Below are positions 36,061-36,784 of a stretch of DNA of 36,784 nt, piece by piece. The notes beneath the pieces were generated by a model. That model had not been told where the DNA came from. It ran no database searches and saw only the letters and a list, made by a program, of their open reading frames with translations. The position numbers and the translations under genes were made by a program. Every line of letters starts with the position of its first letter. Positions within the stretch are counted from its first letter, which is position 1. The DNA lies in NCBI GenBank assembly GCA_002633005.1, contig NMRA01000968.1, forward strand, positions 1-36,784. Reading direction: 5' to 3'. Source of the stretch: Phoronis australis. Taxonomy: Eukaryota > Animalia > Phoronida.

Positions 36061-36784
36061 TTTTTGTAAAAGAAATAAAAGTCCATTTTCTTATAGTTAA
36101 TTGTAATGTTCGTGCAATGCTTCGGAATCTTAAATTTGCAGTTTGGCATCATGTCGCAAAAGCTGTTTTCCTGTGAGTTTTTGAAATGAGAAAACGCCAT
36201 TTTCTTACGAAAGCCATTGCATGAACAGGTACTTGTTCTGACCTATAAGACACTTGTCCAAAGGTAATTAAACTCAAATTATACTTTCCAAACATATATG
36301 AGTGTCGCACATTATACCTGTCAGCACAAGCTCAATAACATGTGTAGTATTTGGATTTCACCAGTGAACACGCTACAAGTTTAGCCTGGCTTTTCAATTC
36401 AGTTATATGTTTTTCATAAGCTGCTGAGTGAGCCGTCGACCGGTTGTGATTTTTCAAAGAGTCAATCCTGAACACATCTGACTCAGACGCATTAGATAAA
36501 CCGTTTTCGTCGGCGCATTTTATTTCTGGTCGCTATCATTCTATAACAGTCAAACAGTCAAAATCTTCCTTCCATTTCGGAAGGAATTCCCGTTTTCGTT
36601 TATTGGTTTCGTACTGTTGCTTGGTGGTTTCACGCCCTTTGGTTTGGTTACCAGTTGCAAGATAAGAGCTCCTTGACTTGAAACCATACGCAAACTAAGT
36701 ATCTATTTCGATATTGCAACTAAAGCGCTGACAACAGTTTCCACACATGTCGTAAGACAGTCGAATGTCATAAAGTTTTATTAA

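Noticed and set aside
36421-36784. Possible next UBAP2 exon or transposon start
   Set aside because: No frame with the expected L(A/S)ETK(V/I)FT-like continuation and no definable terminus within the window.

Overview
AT-rich eukaryotic (animal, probably marine invertebrate) draft-scaffold DNA with two N-gaps (14551-15144, 22330-22654) and a single N at 1582. It holds two divergently oriented spliced genes. (1) Minus strand: a complete 9-coding-exon mitochondrial creatine kinase, join(17484-17266, 16047-15910, 12660-12568, 11597-11376, 10318-10233, 9999-9876, 9185-9051, 8623-8498, 6984-6886), 413 aa. (2) Plus strand: the first 7 coding exons of a UBAP2/UBAP2L/lingerer-family gene (27049-34738), which continues past the window. 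A putative promoter cluster (CRE, YY1, E-box) lies near 26.0 kb. Introns carry non-autonomous transposons: two copies of one Helentron-type (HINE/DINE-1-like) family whose ~150-bp core repeats each carry a CTCF-like motif, a second HINE-like family, a hAT MITE, a Harbinger-like MITE family and an old 3-copy repeat. There are also 22-bp and 44-bp minisatellites. Two large near-identical duplications abut N-junctions and are probably uncollapsed haplotypes. I found no convincing novel protein-coding system. The most notable items are the CTCF-motif-bearing HINE with an empty-site paralog in the same window, a probable intron starting 1 nt after the CK stop codon, and tandem ROR/Rev-erb elements. 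All calls are by eye; no searches were run.
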